64,000 nt of DNA from Octopus vulgaris (lineage: Eukaryota): the NCBI GenBank assembly GCA_951406725.2, contig OX597824.1:3286001-3350000 (forward strand), in the 5' to 3' direction. Within the stretch, counting starts at the first letter, position 1. Each line of letters opens with the position of its first letter. Position numbers and translations under genes: made by a program. Positions 61,888-64,000 of this stretch are shown here, piece by piece. The notes below the pieces were generated by a model. The model did not search any database and was not told the DNA's origin. It worked only from the letters and a program-made list of their open reading frames with translations.

Positions 61888-62916
61888 GTAGACAGGTTAT
61901 ACTTCCCACACAGAGATGGTGGCCTTGGTCTCAAATTTGTACTTGTCATATGAAGTAAGGATTGTGACACTGAAACCACATCAGCAGCTGAGGAAAGGAG
62001 AGCAGTAACTATCTTGTCTAAGTTTGTGACCGTGAAAGCAACAACATAATTAAGATGGATAATGACCTTTAGGAGAGGTCTGAAAAAACAGCTGATACAG
62101 GTCTTTGCCCAAGGAGCATTGATAAAAATCTATTTATCAGAACAACAGAAAATATGGAAGAGTTCAGGAAAAAGATTGTGCATGGGTCCTTGGCATGTAA
62201 AACTCAAACCACAGAAGGGACTGAACATGTCAAAAGTTTGGCATTGAGTTTATGACATCCCACTTTGAAAGCTACATTCCATGCTGTCTAAGAACGAGAG
62301 ATCCCCAACATCTACCCATAGTATACAAGGCAAAAACCGTTGACAGACTAAAGATATCAACCACAGTATATCTGTGAGAGAATGTCTTCCAGATATTATC
62401 TTCCCATGAGGCATAAAATACCTACAAAGTTGACCGTATTTAGATCGATGGATCAAAAGAATATTGGTGGAACTTTAAATTTATAGCAGCCACCAAGTTA
62501 TAACACAACCAGCCAGATATTGTCGTGTGGAACCACAAAAAATGTTCTGTTGTGAAATCAGCTGGACATGAATGTGGTTAGAAAAATAGCAGAGAAAGAG
62601 GACATCTATGGACCATTGATAAGGAATTTGAAAATCCAGTCTCCAAGATACACTTTCAGCTTCATGGCTGTTATTAATAGAGCAACAGGATACATACCGA
62701 CCCATCTGGAGCAAAGTATGGCTGAACTTGGAATCTCGGGAGAGAATGCAAATCCTTGATTCATATGCTACAAATAATCTTGGTATCTGGGATTATAAGA
62801 ATTTGCAAGACTTTCTTAAGATTTAAAGGATGGTGGTTGAAACAAGATGCCTAACCTTGCTAAGAAGTTGGTGGCCAGTCAAAATTTACTCTGAAACAAA
62901 AGTGAGAAAGAGAAGA
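61888..62916 (+). mobile_element. RLE-type non-LTR retrotransposon remnant (different family from the Dong copies)
   Basis: VDRLYFPHRDGGLGLK; NQPDIVVWNH; KIAEKEDIYGPL...ATGYIP; SGIIRICKTFL; many indels. Confidence 0.65.
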
Positions 62917-63092
62917 ACATACATACATACATTCATATACACACACACACATACATACACACACATTATTTACATTTGAGGGATACACATTTCAGCTGAT
63001 ATACTCTCAAGCCTTCATCAGGTGTCTTGGGGCAATTTCAAACCTAGGTTCTCATTCCTAAGGTATTTGATTCTATTATTGTTATTATTCAG

Positions 63093-63298
63093 TAGTTTTA
63101 TTTTTATAGCGTGCTTTCACTTCACTACCGAGCACAGCTCTGTGTGCCTTGGGTATGTGCTGTGATTTGTTGTGATGCTCTGATGGTTATTGTATGGAAA
63201 GTGTTCTGCGTAGGATGTGTGCAGTGCCTAGTAGTGCAATTTTCTGTATGTTATATGTGTTTGTAAGTCCTGGTGTTTTTGTTATGTATTTGTCTGAA
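63093..63298 (-). mobile_element. R4/Dong 3' end (second subfamily)
   Basis: YNIQKIALLGTAHILRRTLSIQ* plus UTR; TAA repeats on both sides. Confidence 0.8.
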
Positions 63299-63306
63299 TA
63301 TTATTA

Positions 63307-63352
<46 letters not shown>

Positions 63353-63384
63353 CATTATTATTATTATTCAGGTCACTGCCTGGA

Positions 63385-63726
63385 ATCGAACTAAGGTGGA
63401 AAGTGAAACAGGTACTAGGGAAACCAAAACTTCCCAAACCAAACATCACTAAGGAAGAAACGTTCACTGTCAAAAGACTACAGAGTGACAATTCCATCAT
63501 AATACTTCCAGCAGACAAGGGGAATGCTACAGTGGTGATGAAGAAGTCTGACTTCTCGGAAAAACTGGCAAGTCTTATAAGTGATGGTAGCTACAATAAA
63601 GTAAAGAAAGACCCTACTTTGAAAAAAGAGAGGAAGTTGTTACAAATCTTGATCAAGAACAAGGATCACTTTACACCAACGAAGTACAGACAACTGACTC
63701 AACACCACAGAAAACTACCACATGTA
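63385..63726 (+). mobile_element. Penelope-like element RT N-terminal fragment
   Basis: PKPNITKEE...L..DNSIIILPADKGNATVVM...Y.KVKKDPT...LPH: the ADKG motif of PLE reverse transcriptases. Confidence 0.85.
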
Positions 63727-64000
63727 CAGTCTTAATACCATCTTTGTGTGTATATCTATCATTCTTTTTAATATCAGCTTAGCTGAAACCATGAGCCAAA
63801 TAATCAACCAGTCAACTCAAAACCACCTCTAATCTGGCAAAACAGTTAGATTATAACTCCTAGAAGAGGTTTAATAAATCTGAAACATGACCAGAGTTGT
63901 AACTGTACTGTCAAATACCAAACTCATTCTCCACTGCGTTCTCTCCCCTGCTTCTCTTGATTATAATTAGTCAATAAGATAACATTTGTTGCCATAAGTA

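Overview
AT-rich, microsatellite-dense animal genomic DNA. The repeat landscape suggests an octopus (inference). Two host genes are supported and lie tail-to-tail. The first is a single-coding-exon class A GPCR (26134-27357, +). The second is a complete nine-exon pancreatic-lipase-family gene (61057-37199, -; 486 aa, intact Ser-Asp-His triad and PLAT domain), assembled by hand from GT-AG exons that the ORF track mostly misses. The rest is decayed mobile DNA: R4/Dong and other RLE retrotransposons, Tx1/L1, CR1/L2, RTE and Penelope LINE fragments, at least four tRNA-derived SINE families, two Tc1/mariner remnants and TTAA-flanked MITEs. The most unusual signal is a set of mutually dissimilar, non-coding fold-back elements carrying type I hammerhead ribozyme cores (CUGANGA...GAAA...NUH). 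These include a perfect 132-bp palindrome with a hammerhead on both strands and a hairpin with 160-bp arms inside a lipase intron. Different retrotransposon families also appear to occupy different microsatellites (TAA, GATA, CATA). All calls were made by eye; no searches or folding programs were run.
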